Origin: an uncultured Negativicutes bacterium
Lineage (GTDB): Bacteria > Bacillota > Negativicutes > JBAXTZ01
Length of the DNA: 64,000 nucleotides
Reading direction: 5' to 3'
Assembly (NCBI GenBank): GCA_963721525.1
Contig: CAVRJL010000016.1
Span: 32,001-96,000, forward strand
Shown: one piece after another, positions 21,092 through 31,533 of the stretch
How positions within the stretch are numbered: the stretch's first letter is position 1
Layout of the letters: every line of letters begins with the position of its first letter
Notes under the pieces: model-generated
Database searches by the model: none
What the model was told of the DNA's origin: nothing
Seen by the model: the letters and a program-made list of their open reading frames with translations, nothing else
Made by a program: the position numbers and the translations under genes

Positions 21092-22630
21092 GTGTATAAC
21101 AAAGAAAAAATTTTTATTATGGATTTTGGTGGTCAATATGCGCAATTGATAGCCCGGAGAATACGCGAATGCGGCGCATATTCAGAAACAGTTTCATATA
21201 AAATAGATGTAAATAAAATAAAGGAGGAAAACCCAAAAGGAATTATTTTTTCTGGTGGTCCATTGAGCGTATATGCAGAAAATGCACCTAAATGTGATAA
21301 GAAATTGTTTAAAATAGGAATTCCTATTTTAGGTATTTGTTACGGTATGCAACTTATAGCGCATATGCTTGGAGGTCAAGTAGAACGCCCTAATTGTCGA
21401 GAATACGGAAATGCCTTAATTAATATTGATAAGAATGATAATTTATTTAAGGGAACGAATAAAAGCCAAACTGTATGGATGAGTCATGGAGACCATATAT
21501 CTATTGCACCAAAGGATTTTGTTATTAGTGCACAAACAGGCTCGACACCTATTGCTGCTTTTTCAAACTATAAAAAGAAAATATATGGTGTTCAATTTCA
21601 TCCTGAAGTTACGCATACTTCTTATGGTATGCATATTATTAAAAATTTTTTATTTGATATTTGTAAATGTGCTAATACTTGGAATTTAGGTAATTTTATT
21701 GATATTTATGTAAAAAAAATAAAAGCAAAAATAGGATCTAAACAACAAGCTATATGTGCTTTTTCAGGTGGAGTTGACTCTGCTGTTGCAGCAACATTAG
21801 TGCATAAAGCTATAGGAAGACAGCTGACATGTATATATGTTAATCATGGGTTTATGCGTAAAAATGAATCTGAAGAAGTAATAAAAATTTTTCGCGACGA
21901 ACTTAAAATAAATTTGATATATATCGATGCTACAAAAAGATTTATAGAAAAACTAAAAAATATAGTTGACCCTGAGAATAAACGTAAGCTAATAGGAAAA
22001 GAGTTTATAAAAATATTTGAAGAAGAAGCTAAAAAATTAGGACATATTAAATTTTTAGTGCAGGGAACTTTATATACTGATATTATAGAAAGCGGAACAG
22101 GTATGGCAGCAGTAATTAAAAGCCATCATAATGTAGGTGGTTTGCCTAAAAATATAGATTTTAAACTCATAGAACCTCTTAAAGAATTGTTTAAGGACGA
22201 AGTACGCCTATTGGGAATAAAATTAGGACTATCTAAAGAAATAATAGATAGACAACCTTTTCCAGGACCAGGTTTAGCTATACGTATAATTGGAGATGTT
22301 ACAGTCGAACGCTTAGAAATTTTACGTGAAGCGGATGCTATTGTTCGCGAAGAATTGGAAAGAGCACATGAATATGTTAATGTTTGGCAGGCTTTTGCTG
22401 TTTTACTTGTATCTCAAAGCGTTGGCGTAATGGGAGATAAGCGTATTTATGGATACACAATTTGTATACGTTCTGTATCAAGCGAAGATGGTATGACTGC
22501 TGATTGGTCACGTATTCCCTATGAAGTATTAGAAATTATGTCAAAAAGAATTGTAAATGAGGTGCATAGTGTTAATAGAGTTGTATATGATATTACATCT
22601 AAGCCACCTGCAACAATTGAGTGGGAATAA
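21092..22630 (+). CDS. guaA: GMP synthase (glutamine-hydrolysing)
   Basis: [52 protein letters not shown]. Confidence 0.98.
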   Translation: MYNKEKIFIMDFGGQYAQLIARRIRECGAYSETVSYKIDVNKIKEENPKGIIFSGGPLSVYAENAPKCDKKLFKIGIPILGICYGMQLIAHMLGGQVERPNCREYGNALINIDKNDNLFKGTNKSQTVWMSHGDHISIAPKDFVISAQTGSTPIAAFSNYKKKIYGVQFHPEVTHTSYGMHIIKNFLFDICKCANTWNLGNFIDIYVKKIKAKIGSKQQAICAFSGGVDSAVAATLVHKAIGRQLTCIYVNHGFMRKNESEEVIKIFRDELKINLIYIDATKRFIEKLKNIVDPENKRKLIGKEFIKIFEEEAKKLGHIKFLVQGTLYTDIIESGTGMAAVIKSHHNVGGLPKNIDFKLIEPLKELFKDEVRLLGIKLGLSKEIIDRQPFPGPGLAIRIIGDVTVERLEILREADAIVREELERAHEYVNVWQAFAVLLVSQSVGVMGDKRIYGYTICIRSVSSEDGMTADWSRIPYEVLEIMSKRIVNEVHSVNRVVYDITSKPPATIEWE

Positions 22631-22640
22631 ATAAGGGGAT

Positions 22641-23110
22641 ATGAAAATCAGTATATAGTAAATGGACTAAATGTTTTAAAAGTAAAAAATACAGCTAAAA
22701 TAGCACGGAGGATTATGATTTCTATTAAAAATGGTGGAAATAATTTAGGTATAAGTGTGAGATTAAAATTAGATTTACAAGAAGTTAAAGAAAATAATAT
22801 TCTAAAAGAGAATATCAATTCAGATATCCAGAGAAAACTAGGAGGACTGGAAGAAGAAAATATAAGTGCTATTATGTATGAAAAGTACGGTCTGACTGGG
22901 GTAGCAGTATTAATAGAAGCTATAACTGATAATAGAAATATTACTGTTGCGGATATGCGCCATCTTTTTACAAAGTTTGGTGAAAAATTAGGCGAGATAG
23001 TTTGCGTAAATTGGATGTTTAAAAATAAAGGTCAATTTACTATTAAAAAAATAAAAAAATTGATGAAGATAAAATAACTTGTCTTGTATATCTCTAGAAG
23101 TAGGAAAGGC
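22641..23110 (+). pseudogene. yebC: YebC/PmpR family protein, degraded
   Basis: Broken N-terminus (SKW remnant); YEKYGLTGVAVLIEAITDNRNITVADMRHLFTKFG...VNWMF is the YebC core with mutated glycines; truncated; canonical position upstream of ruvC. Confidence 0.85.
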
Positions 23111-23233
23111 ATTTAAAAAAACAAGCTAGAATCAATTTAAACGAACATAATGATTTAAATTTGAAAGAAATAGTCTTTTTTAGTAAAACGATTAAGTAAT
23201 AAATTTAATCTAAAAATTTAATTGGTAGGTGTT

Positions 23234-23731
23234 ATGTTGATTTTAGGAATTGATCCTGGTATGGCTATTTGTGGATATGGGTTAGTTTGTCAAAAAGCTA
23301 ATAAATTATTGGCTGTTACTTATGGGGCGATCTCTACAAAATCTACATATTCAATGAGTAAACGTTTAAATATAATTTATCATGAATTAGGACAGATAAT
23401 TCATGAATATCGTCCGGATGCAGTTGCAGTTGAACAATTATTTTTCTCTAAAAACGTAAAAACAGCATTAAATGTTGGACAAGCTAGAGGGGTGATAATG
23501 TTAGCTGTTGAAAGAATAGGGGAAATATCTATACTTGAATATACTCCATTACAAGTTAAGCAAGCAGTTGTAGGTTATGGTAACGCTGATAAGAAACAGG
23601 TAGCATTTATGATTATGAGAATTCTAAATATAAAAAAATGTCCAAAACCGGATGATGTTACGGATGCTTTAGCTTTAGCTATTTGTGGTATAAATAGTTC
23701 TATTAATTGTTTGCGATGGAATAAAAAATGA
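23234..23731 (+). CDS. ruvC: Holliday junction resolvase RuvC
   Basis: ILGIDPG, VEQLFF, GQARGV, YTPLQVKQAVVGYG, PDDVTDALALA. Confidence 0.97.
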   Translation: MLILGIDPGMAICGYGLVCQKANKLLAVTYGAISTKSTYSMSKRLNIIYHELGQIIHEYRPDAVAVEQLFFSKNVKTALNVGQARGVIMLAVERIGEISILEYTPLQVKQAVVGYGNADKKQVAFMIMRILNIKKCPKPDDVTDALALAICGINSSINCLRWNKK

Positions 23732-24330
23732 TCGGATTTATACGCGGTATTGTGGATACAGTTTTTGACGAATATTGTTTTATGGACTGCAATGGAATAG
23801 GTTATAAAGTCTTTATACCAGCTTCCACAAAACTAAAAATAAAACAGGGTGATAATATTCGTTTATATACTTATTTTCACGTACGTAAAGATGCTATGAT
23901 TCTTTATGGTTTTTTAACAAAAGAGGAGTATGATTTATATTTATTATTAATTAGTATAAATGGGATAGGTGGGAAAGCTGCTGTAGCTATTTTATCTGCT
24001 TGCAGCGTAAATAATGTTCGATTAGCTATAATTAATAAAGATATTCTATTTTTCACAAAAATTGTAGGTATAGGTAAAAAAACAGCGGAAAGGATTATTT
24101 TAGAGTTAAAGGATAAAATAATAAATTTTGTTGATATTACAGATTTGTCAAAACAAAAATCTTCTGAAGTTAATAACCTGCACAGTGATCAAAATGAAAT
24201 TATTCAAGCTCTTAAAGAATTAGGATATACTAAATTGGAAATTATGCAGGCAATGAAAAGGATATCCCAAAAGATAACAGGTAAAGAATTGATGAAAGCT
24301 GTGTTAAAAGAATGTGGAAAAAACCAATAA
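23728..24330 (+). CDS. ruvA: Holliday junction branch migration protein RuvA
   Basis: MIGFIRG, GIGYKV, LYGF, GIGKKTAERIILELKDK. Confidence 0.97.
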   Translation: MIGFIRGIVDTVFDEYCFMDCNGIGYKVFIPASTKLKIKQGDNIRLYTYFHVRKDAMILYGFLTKEEYDLYLLLISINGIGGKAAVAILSACSVNNVRLAIINKDILFFTKIVGIGKKTAERIILELKDKIINFVDITDLSKQKSSEVNNLHSDQNEIIQALKELGYTKLEIMQAMKRISQKITGKELMKAVLKECGKNQ

Positions 24331-24410
24331 TAAAAAATAGATAATTTGTTAAAATAAATACAACATATGTATCAAATAAAAATATAAAGCCTATAGAATA
24401 TGGAGACTAT

Positions 24411-25415
24411 ATGGAAAATAGAATAATAGCTTTAAATGAAGGGGAAGGAGATACTTGGCAATATTCTTTACGTCCAAAGCGTTTAAAAGAATATATAGGC
24501 CAACCCCAATTGAAAAGAAATCTTGAAATCTTTATTAAAGCTGCTTTAAATAGAAAAGAAACACTTGATCACGTATTATTATATGGACAACCTGGACTTG
24601 GTAAAACTACATTAGCTGGAATTATAGCAAATGAATTAAATGTTAATATAAGAATAACTTCTGGTCCAGCAATTGAAAGGCCAGGAGATTTAGCTGCAAT
24701 AATTACTAATCTCGGGGAATATGATGTATTATTTGTTGATGAAATTCATCGTTTAAGTAGAAGTGTAGAAGAGATTTTATATTCTGCTATGGAGGATTTT
24801 GTTCTAGATATTGTTATTGGTAAAGGGCCGAGCGCACGGACAATGCGCATTGATTTACCACCGTTTACTCTTGTGGGTGCAACAACAAAGGCAGGCGCAT
24901 TATCAGCCCCTCTACGTGATCGTTTTGGCATAGTAGCTCGCCTTGAATATTATTCTTACCAAGACTTAATACATATAATTAATAGATCAGCTGACGTTTT
25001 ACAAATAGATTTGGACACTCAAGGGACGAAAGTGTTAGCTAAACGTTCACGAGGAACTCCTCGCATCGCTAATAGGCTTCTCAAGCGTGTAAGAGATTTT
25101 GCTCAAGTAGAAGGGGAAGGAATAATAACAAAGAACATAGCAAATAAAGCTCTAACATTATTAGAAGTAGATGAGTTAGGACTTGATCAAAATGATCGAA
25201 GATTATTAGAAACAGTTATGAAAAAATTTGAAGGTGGACCTGTTGGGTTGGATACTTTAGCTGCTTGTATAGGAGAGGAAGTAGAAACAATTGCGGATGT
25301 TGTTGAACCTTTTTTATTACAATTAGGCTTTATCCAAAGAACGCCGCGCGGTAGGATTACGACTCGCGCAGCATACGAACATTTGAAAATAAATTATATT
25401 AATAATAAATATTAG
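24411..25415 (+). CDS. ruvB: Holliday junction helicase RuvB
   Basis: [46 protein letters not shown]. Confidence 0.98.
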   Translation: MENRIIALNEGEGDTWQYSLRPKRLKEYIGQPQLKRNLEIFIKAALNRKETLDHVLLYGQPGLGKTTLAGIIANELNVNIRITSGPAIERPGDLAAIITNLGEYDVLFVDEIHRLSRSVEEILYSAMEDFVLDIVIGKGPSARTMRIDLPPFTLVGATTKAGALSAPLRDRFGIVARLEYYSYQDLIHIINRSADVLQIDLDTQGTKVLAKRSRGTPRIANRLLKRVRDFAQVEGEGIITKNIANKALTLLEVDELGLDQNDRRLLETVMKKFEGGPVGLDTLAACIGEEVETIADVVEPFLLQLGFIQRTPRGRITTRAAYEHLKINYINNKY

Positions 25416-25680
25416 CAAAAAAATCTATTACCACCGGATATTATAAAAATTTATTTTTCAATTTAGTTTATATAATTAATTATATAGGGATAATTATTTT
25501 GTATTTTTCTGTACTTTCTGTTACTGCTGTTTGCTCAAAAAACGTCCTTTTGTAATTATGTTTTGATCTTTTCACTTTTTTTGTAGCATAATAACCTCTA
25601 AATATTTAGTATTTTTAGAGCAAAGAAAAAGTTGTTAAAGAATCGGTAAACTTACTTTCTATTTAGAGGAAATTTAACTT

Positions 25681-26991
25681 ATGAGAATAATTAGGGTTCA
25701 ATCTAATTTGAAAATTTTATTAGGTTTATCGTCAATAGAGTTTTGGGAGCGGTTCAGTTTTTATACTCTTTCTTATTTATTACCATTTTATATGGTTGAT
25801 AAAATTATAAATGGTGGAATGGGTTTTTCGGAAACAAGAGCACTGTTCTGGGTAGGGATTTATGGGTTTTGTGCATGGTCTTCTCCTGTACTTGGCGGAA
25901 TTATTATTGATCGATATCTAGGACTTTTTAACTCTATTTTATTTGGTGGAATGTTAATTATTTGTGGACATTTAACTTTATTTTTTATAAATGTTAATAA
26001 CTTTCTAATGTTGTTTTTAGGCTTATTGTTAATATGTATCGGTACAGGCTTATTTAAGCCATCCATTACAGGATTAGTTGGACAAGTATATGACAATAGT
26101 CCTTTTTATCGAGAAAGAGCATATTCATTTTATTATTCGATTATTAATTTAGGCATATTATTAAGTGGTATGATAAATGGGTTAGTAGTAGCGAAACTTG
26201 GTTATAAATGGGGGTTTTCAATAGCAGGAATAGGTATGATTGTAGCGATGTTTTGGATTATAGTTCAATTTTCAGCATTTAGAGAAAAAATTTACTTTAT
26301 CGATAAAGTAAATAAGCGTGAAACTATCTTAAAATCTCATAAAAATAAATCTTTCATTAGTAAAATAGTTTTACTTTTCAGTTATTTATGTTCTTGGCTA
26401 TGGGCTTGCGGTTATTTTTTAGGTATAGGTGGGTTTATCATGTTTCTTATAAAACAATACACTAATCGGAGTATAGGTTTTTTTAAGATTCCAATTTTTT
26501 GGTTTCCATCGCTTAGTCCTTTGTTGTTAATATTATTTACTTTTATGCTTAACTTTATATGGAAAAGGCTAGACAATATTTATATGGAACCTTCGACCTT
26601 TCGTAAACTTGCTTTTGGGCAATTAATATGCGGTATAAATTTAGGTATATTAGTTATTTTATTGTTAAGTATAAAAAATATTTCTCCAAACGCGCATATA
26701 TTGAAACTCGATTTCTTTATTATTTTTTATATTATTGGAGTTATCGGAGAAATTTTAACATGTCCAATAAGTTATTCATTAATAAGTTCTGTAAGCAAAA
26801 CAAAAAACATTGGTTTAAATCAAGCAGTTTGTTTTGCATGCTATGGTTTAGGCTCTATTACGGCGGGAAGTATAGCATCATTATTTTATTTAAATTATTC
26901 TATAAACTGGATAGTATTTTTTATGATCTGTTCATTTATTACAGCTTTTTCAATGATTTATATTGAAAAAAAATTAAATTTACAGAATTAA
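25681..26991 (+). CDS. POT/PTR family proton-dependent oligopeptide transporter
   Basis: EFWERFSFY (ExxERFxxY), GTGLFKPSI, FYYSIINLG, GEILTCPI. Confidence 0.9.
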   Translation: MRIIRVQSNLKILLGLSSIEFWERFSFYTLSYLLPFYMVDKIINGGMGFSETRALFWVGIYGFCAWSSPVLGGIIIDRYLGLFNSILFGGMLIICGHLTLFFINVNNFLMLFLGLLLICIGTGLFKPSITGLVGQVYDNSPFYRERAYSFYYSIINLGILLSGMINGLVVAKLGYKWGFSIAGIGMIVAMFWIIVQFSAFREKIYFIDKVNKRETILKSHKNKSFISKIVLLFSYLCSWLWACGYFLGIGGFIMFLIKQYTNRSIGFFKIPIFWFPSLSPLLLILFTFMLNFIWKRLDNIYMEPSTFRKLAFGQLICGINLGILVILLLSIKNISPNAHILKLDFFIIFYIIGVIGEILTCPISYSLISSVSKTKNIGLNQAVCFACYGLGSITAGSIASLFYLNYSINWIVFFMICSFITAFSMIYIEKKLNLQN

Positions 26992-27421
26992 ATTAAGAAC
27001 ATTAAAGTGCAATATATATATATTTTTTTGCTTTTAACATTTATTTGAATAAAGAATTAATTCGTCGTTTAAATAAAGGAAAACAACTTATACAAGATGA
27101 AAAATTATTCCTTTATTTATACTGACAAAATTTGTTTGGCAAAAAACTTTTATTTTAAATATAAATTAAAATAAGTTACTGATTCTTCAATAAAAAATGT
27201 ATGTTAGAAATTTATGACAACTTTATTGTAATTGTATTTTTAGTAAAAAAGGCAGTAGACTTTTTTAAAATTTATGATACAACATATATGGGTTATGTCA
27301 AGAGTATCAATGAAAGAAGATTTTTAAGTAAGTATTGACGTGGAGAGTTTTGTGAGGATTCAAGGTAAAAAGTGGGAAGAAAGGAAGGTGATTCCAATGA
27401 TAAATTTTATTTATAATGCTT

Positions 27422-28024
27422 CTAATCTAACAAATCCTTTATTACTTCTCCTGCAATTATTAATCCTGCTATTGCCGGAAGAAATGAAATGCTTCCAGGA
27501 GAAGTTTTTCCTGAAGATGATTTTATAAAGCATTTTTTTGGTGTTTCCGTTGAGTATACTACTTTTAAATTTTTAATATTTTTTTTACGTAGTTCCTTTC
27601 TTATTATTCTAGAGAAAGGACAATTTTGGGTTTCAAAAATATTTCCTATTTTAAATTTTGTAGGATCAAGTCTATTACCTACTCCCATAGAATTTATAAT
27701 AGGTATTTTTAAATCTATGGCATTATGTATTAAACACACTTTTGCTTTTATTGTATCTATAGCATCTATTATATAATTACAATGGTGTAATAGCATGCTT
27801 TTTATATTAATAAACCATGATAGAGTATGTTCTACAAATATAAATCGGCAGATACATGCTACTTACGAAACAATTAATATAAAGTTTCCTATGTCTGCCC
27901 GCGCTAACGATTCTACTGCGTATGAACCCACTCCCCCAATTCCGAATACACCAATAGTACTGGCTTGTAATTTTTGTAGCCCATTATTACCAATAAGAAG
28001 TTCAGTTCTAGAAAATTGATTTAT
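27422..28024 (-). pseudogene. tcdA: tRNA threonylcarbamoyladenosine dehydratase TcdA (ThiF family), disrupted by an internal inversion and deletion
   Basis: Minus strand NQFSRTELLIG...VFGIGGVGSYAVESLAR and IIDAID...SMGVGNRLDP...PGSISFLPA; the middle motif DRVCSTNINRQIHA lies on the plus strand; no standard start codon. Confidence 0.9.
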
Positions 28025-28031
28025 AAAATTT

Positions 28032-28961
28032 TTATTCATTGTTTTGTTCTATATATTGTTCCACCATTTTTGCAGCTATAGCTCCATCTGATGTTGCTGT
28101 AACTATTTGTTTTAATAGTTTTTTTCGACAATCACCTGCGGTAAATATCCCATTTATATTTGTTTTTGTTGTTTCGTTAGCAATTATATATCCTTCTTCA
28201 TCAATATTTAACAAATTAGAAAAAATTTCGGTGTTTGGTATCATACCAAGATAAATAAATATTCCTTCGGTATTATGAATACTTTTTTCGCCGGTAACAG
28301 TATTTTTTATTGTTATACTTTCTACAATTTCTGTACCATTGATTGATTCAATGACACTATTAAAACAAAAATTTATTTTCGGATTATTGAAAGCTCTATC
28401 TTGTAAAAACTTTGTAGCTCGTAACTTATTGCGACGGTGTACTATTGTTACTATTTGAGCAAATTTTGTAAGATTAAGAGCTTCTTGAATTGCTGAGTTC
28501 CCACCGCCTACAAAAACAATATTTTTTGCATTATTATAAAATGCGCTATCACAAATTGCACAATAAGATACTCCCATACCTCGAAATTCTTTTTCTCCAG
28601 GACAATTTAAGGTTCGAGCTCTAGCACCTGTAGCTATTATTATAGTTTTGGAATTAAAACTTTTGTTAGTTATAGTCTGAACACTTTTAATTTTATTATC
28701 TAAAATTAATTTTGTAGCTTTTACAGTAATTTTTTGAATATTATCAAAATGCTTAATTTGATTTTCCATATAATTACTTAGACTATATCCTGAAATATTA
28801 CCGGGGGTACCCGGATAGTTTTCAATGTTATTTGTAACAAGCATTTGTCCACCTATAGAACCTTGCTCAATTAATAATATATTTAATTTCGCTCTACCGC
28901 AATACAGGGCTGCAGTTATTCCTGCTGGTCCACCACCTATAATTATTGTATCATATATCAT
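28032..28961 (-). CDS. trxB: Thioredoxin reductase
   Basis: IIGGGPAGITAA, GVSYCAICD, GGGNSA, GIFTAGD. Confidence 0.97.
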   Translation of the reverse strand: MIYDTIIIGGGPAGITAALYCGRAKLNILLIEQGSIGGQMLVTNNIENYPGTPGNISGYSLSNYMENQIKHFDNIQKITVKATKLILDNKIKSVQTITNKSFNSKTIIIATGARARTLNCPGEKEFRGMGVSYCAICDSAFYNNAKNIVFVGGGNSAIQEALNLTKFAQIVTIVHRRNKLRATKFLQDRAFNNPKINFCFNSVIESINGTEIVESITIKNTVTGEKSIHNTEGIFIYLGMIPNTEIFSNLLNIDEEGYIIANETTKTNINGIFTAGDCRKKLLKQIVTATSDGAIAAKMVEQYIEQNNE

Positions 28962-29266
28962 AGAAATCTCCTTAATAATGGTTAATAGAAATATTTATAT
29001 AATTGCATAATATAAGGTAATTATAAAACAATATATAATATTACGCAATTTAAAATAAACGTAGTGAAATAACAAAAGCATGTATGTTAAAGGATAGAAC
29101 TTAAGAATGTACTTGTTATCCTAAATTTAGCAAAAAAATAAATTATATACATATATAAATAAAAAATTGTAATACGGGTATAATAGTAAAAAATTCTTTT
29201 AAAATTACAACAATTTTAAAAGAGGAATCAACATCCTTAGATTAATTTTATTACTATAAAAAGCTC

Positions 29267-29355
29267 TTGCTTATTTATACTTAATTTGATATAATACACA
29301 GTTGTTTATAAAGATGGTCCTATATATAAATTAAATACTTTGGTAAGAACATCTA
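29267..29355 (+). promoter_or_regulatory. sigmaA promoter and probable L19 leader of rplS
   Basis: TTGCTT-17-TATAAT (29267-29295); agatggtcct...agaacatct stem before the RBS aggagg. Confidence 0.55.
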
Positions 29356-29373
29356 TGTTTCAGGAGGAGAAAA

Positions 29374-29721
29374 ATGAATTTAATTGAATTAATTAATCAG
29401 GATCAACTACGTTCGAATATTCCTGAATTTCGACCAGGGGATACTCTAAAGGTGATGGTCAAAATTGTTGAGGGAAGTCACGAGCGTTTACAAGCTTTTG
29501 AAGGTGTTTGTATTAAACGTAATGGTGGAACAAGGATACAAGCAACATTTACTGTTCGAAGAATGACTTATGGAGTTGGAATTGAGAGAACTTTTCCTCT
29601 TCATTCTCCTCGTATTGATAATATAAATATTATTCGTAGAGGTGTTGTTCGTCGAGCACGATTGTATTATTTACGTAATCTTACAGGAAAAGCAGCACGT
29701 ATTCGTGAAAAAAGATCATAA
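29374..29721 (+). CDS. rplS: 50S ribosomal protein L19
   Basis: [35 protein letters not shown]. Confidence 0.98.
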   Translation: MNLIELINQDQLRSNIPEFRPGDTLKVMVKIVEGSHERLQAFEGVCIKRNGGTRIQATFTVRRMTYGVGIERTFPLHSPRIDNINIIRRGVVRRARLYYLRNLTGKAARIREKRS

Positions 29722-29770
29722 CTATCCAAAAAGAGCCATATGGCTCTTTTTGGATAGTTATGATCTTTTT
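29709..29770. repeat. Perfect 62-bp loopless palindrome overlapping the rplS stop codon (terminator position)
   Basis: 31-bp arms checked base by base, centre ...gagccat|atggctc... Confidence 0.9.
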
Positions 29771-29907
29771 ATTGTTACGGTTAAAATTTAAAAAGAAAAT
29801 AAATAATACTATATCAAGATAGAAATTAATTTTTATAGCTGTTGGGCAAAAAATCGACAAGTATAATTTAATTGATCTTAAAATATTGATCTTAAAATAA
29901 GGAATTT

Positions 29908-30669
29908 ATGTTTCAATTTTTTCAAAAAAGAAAAAATCCTGTCAATTTAAATATTAATAATTTAGATAAAAACAATCTTCCTAAACATATAGCAATAATT
30001 ATGGACGGTAATGGGCGCTGGGCAAAAAAAAAAGGCCTAATTCGTTCTCAGGGACATAAGAAAGGTTCAGAGGTTTTACGTACTATTATAAAAACTTCTG
30101 CTGATTTAAAGATAAGAATGTTAACTGTATATGCTTTTTCTACCGAAAATTGGAAAAGACCCAAAAACGAAATAAATTTTTTGATGAATTTACTTTCCTA
30201 TTATCTTGAAAATGAATTAAATGAATTAATAAAAAATAATATACAAATGAGGTTTATTGGTAATTTAGAAGTTTTAAAAGAAACAATCAAAAAGAAGTTA
30301 GAGACAAACACTAAGTTGTTATCAAAAAACACTGGACTGATTGTAAATGTTGCATTAAATTACGGTGGCCGTTCGGAAATTATAAAAATAACAAAAGAAT
30401 TAGTGAAAAAAGTTGTTTATGGTAAATTAAATCTTGACGATATCGATGAGCAAATATTTAATGAAAATTTATTTACTTTTCCATTATCTGATGTTGATTT
30501 ATTAATAAGAACTGGCTCTAATTATAGAATAAGCAATTTTCTTTTATGGCAAATAGCTTATACAGAATTATATTTTTCAGATTGTTTTTGGCCAGATTTT
30601 TCAGTTGAAAAATTTATTGAAGCAATAATAAATTATCAAACACGAGATCGTAGGTTTGGTGGATTATAA
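29908..30669 (+). CDS. uppS: Undecaprenyl diphosphate synthase
   Basis: HIAIIMDGNGRWA, YAFSTENWKRP, RISNFLLWQ, RRFGG. Confidence 0.97.
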   Translation: MFQFFQKRKNPVNLNINNLDKNNLPKHIAIIMDGNGRWAKKKGLIRSQGHKKGSEVLRTIIKTSADLKIRMLTVYAFSTENWKRPKNEINFLMNLLSYYLENELNELIKNNIQMRFIGNLEVLKETIKKKLETNTKLLSKNTGLIVNVALNYGGRSEIIKITKELVKKVVYGKLNLDDIDEQIFNENLFTFPLSDVDLLIRTGSNYRISNFLLWQIAYTELYFSDCFWPDFSVEKFIEAIINYQTRDRRFGGL

Positions 30670-30682
30670 TTTTGGAGGGAAA

Positions 30683-31513
30683 ATGCTTATTATAAGAACT
30701 ATAAGCTCAATTGTGGGAATATTTTTGTTGGCTGTTTTAATAATCTGTGGTGGATACTTATATAGTTTAGCTATAGTTTTTTTAGCGTTAATTTCTTGGC
30801 TGGAATTAAGTTCATTGTTTCGAAAAGTTGGAGTAAATATAGAAATGACTGTTGGTTTTTTACTTATAGTTTTAAACATGACTTTCGTGCGATACGCTAA
30901 TTCTACTGAGTGTGATTTTTTTATTTTTATAGGATTTGTTTGGTTGCTCACCAAGGTAATTATTACTAAAGGAAAATTTAATATCGGAGATTGTTTAGGA
31001 AACATTTTTTGTTTTTTTTATATTTCTTTTTTATTTTCTCATTTTATTGAATTACGTTTTATAGACGAAGATACTATTTACAAATATAAATACTTTTCTT
31101 TATCGTTTGGATCATTGTATTTATCGCTTGCACTGATTGGAACGTGGATAAATGATTCTTTTGCTTATTTGGTCGGGTCAAGCATTGGGAAATATAAAAT
31201 TAATAGTAAAATAAGTCCTAAAAAAACTTGGGAGGGATTTATTTGTGGAACAATAGGTACGATATTATTTTTAATAATATCCGTTTATTTATTAGGGTTT
31301 CCTATATGGCAAGGGATAAGTATTGGATTGATCGTTACTATTTTTGCTTTTTTAGGAGATATGGCAGAATCAGCACTTAAAAGATTTTGTGGTGTAAAAG
31401 ATTCCGGGAAATTTGTGCCTGGGCATGGGGGTATACTTGATCGTTTTGATAGTATGCTTTTTGTTGTTCCGGCTATTTATTATTTTGTTGTAATTGTTAT
31501 TTTAAACTGTTAA
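30683..31513 (+). CDS. cdsA: Phosphatidate cytidylyltransferase
   Basis: ISPKKTWEG, GDMAESALKR, PGHGGILDRFDS. Confidence 0.96.
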   Translation: MLIIRTISSIVGIFLLAVLIICGGYLYSLAIVFLALISWLELSSLFRKVGVNIEMTVGFLLIVLNMTFVRYANSTECDFFIFIGFVWLLTKVIITKGKFNIGDCLGNIFCFFYISFLFSHFIELRFIDEDTIYKYKYFSLSFGSLYLSLALIGTWINDSFAYLVGSSIGKYKINSKISPKKTWEGFICGTIGTILFLIISVYLLGFPIWQGISIGLIVTIFAFLGDMAESALKRFCGVKDSGKFVPGHGGILDRFDSMLFVVPAIYYFVVIVILNC

Positions 31514-31533
31514 TTAAAATTAAATTATAAAAA

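Noticed and set aside
27295-27385. MSRVSMKE and IDVESFVRI resemble the RpsB N-terminus and EF-Ts C-terminus; also a loose glycine-riboswitch or 6S RNA resemblance
   Set aside because: Matches are too short, both genes are essential, and the conserved RNA structure elements are missing
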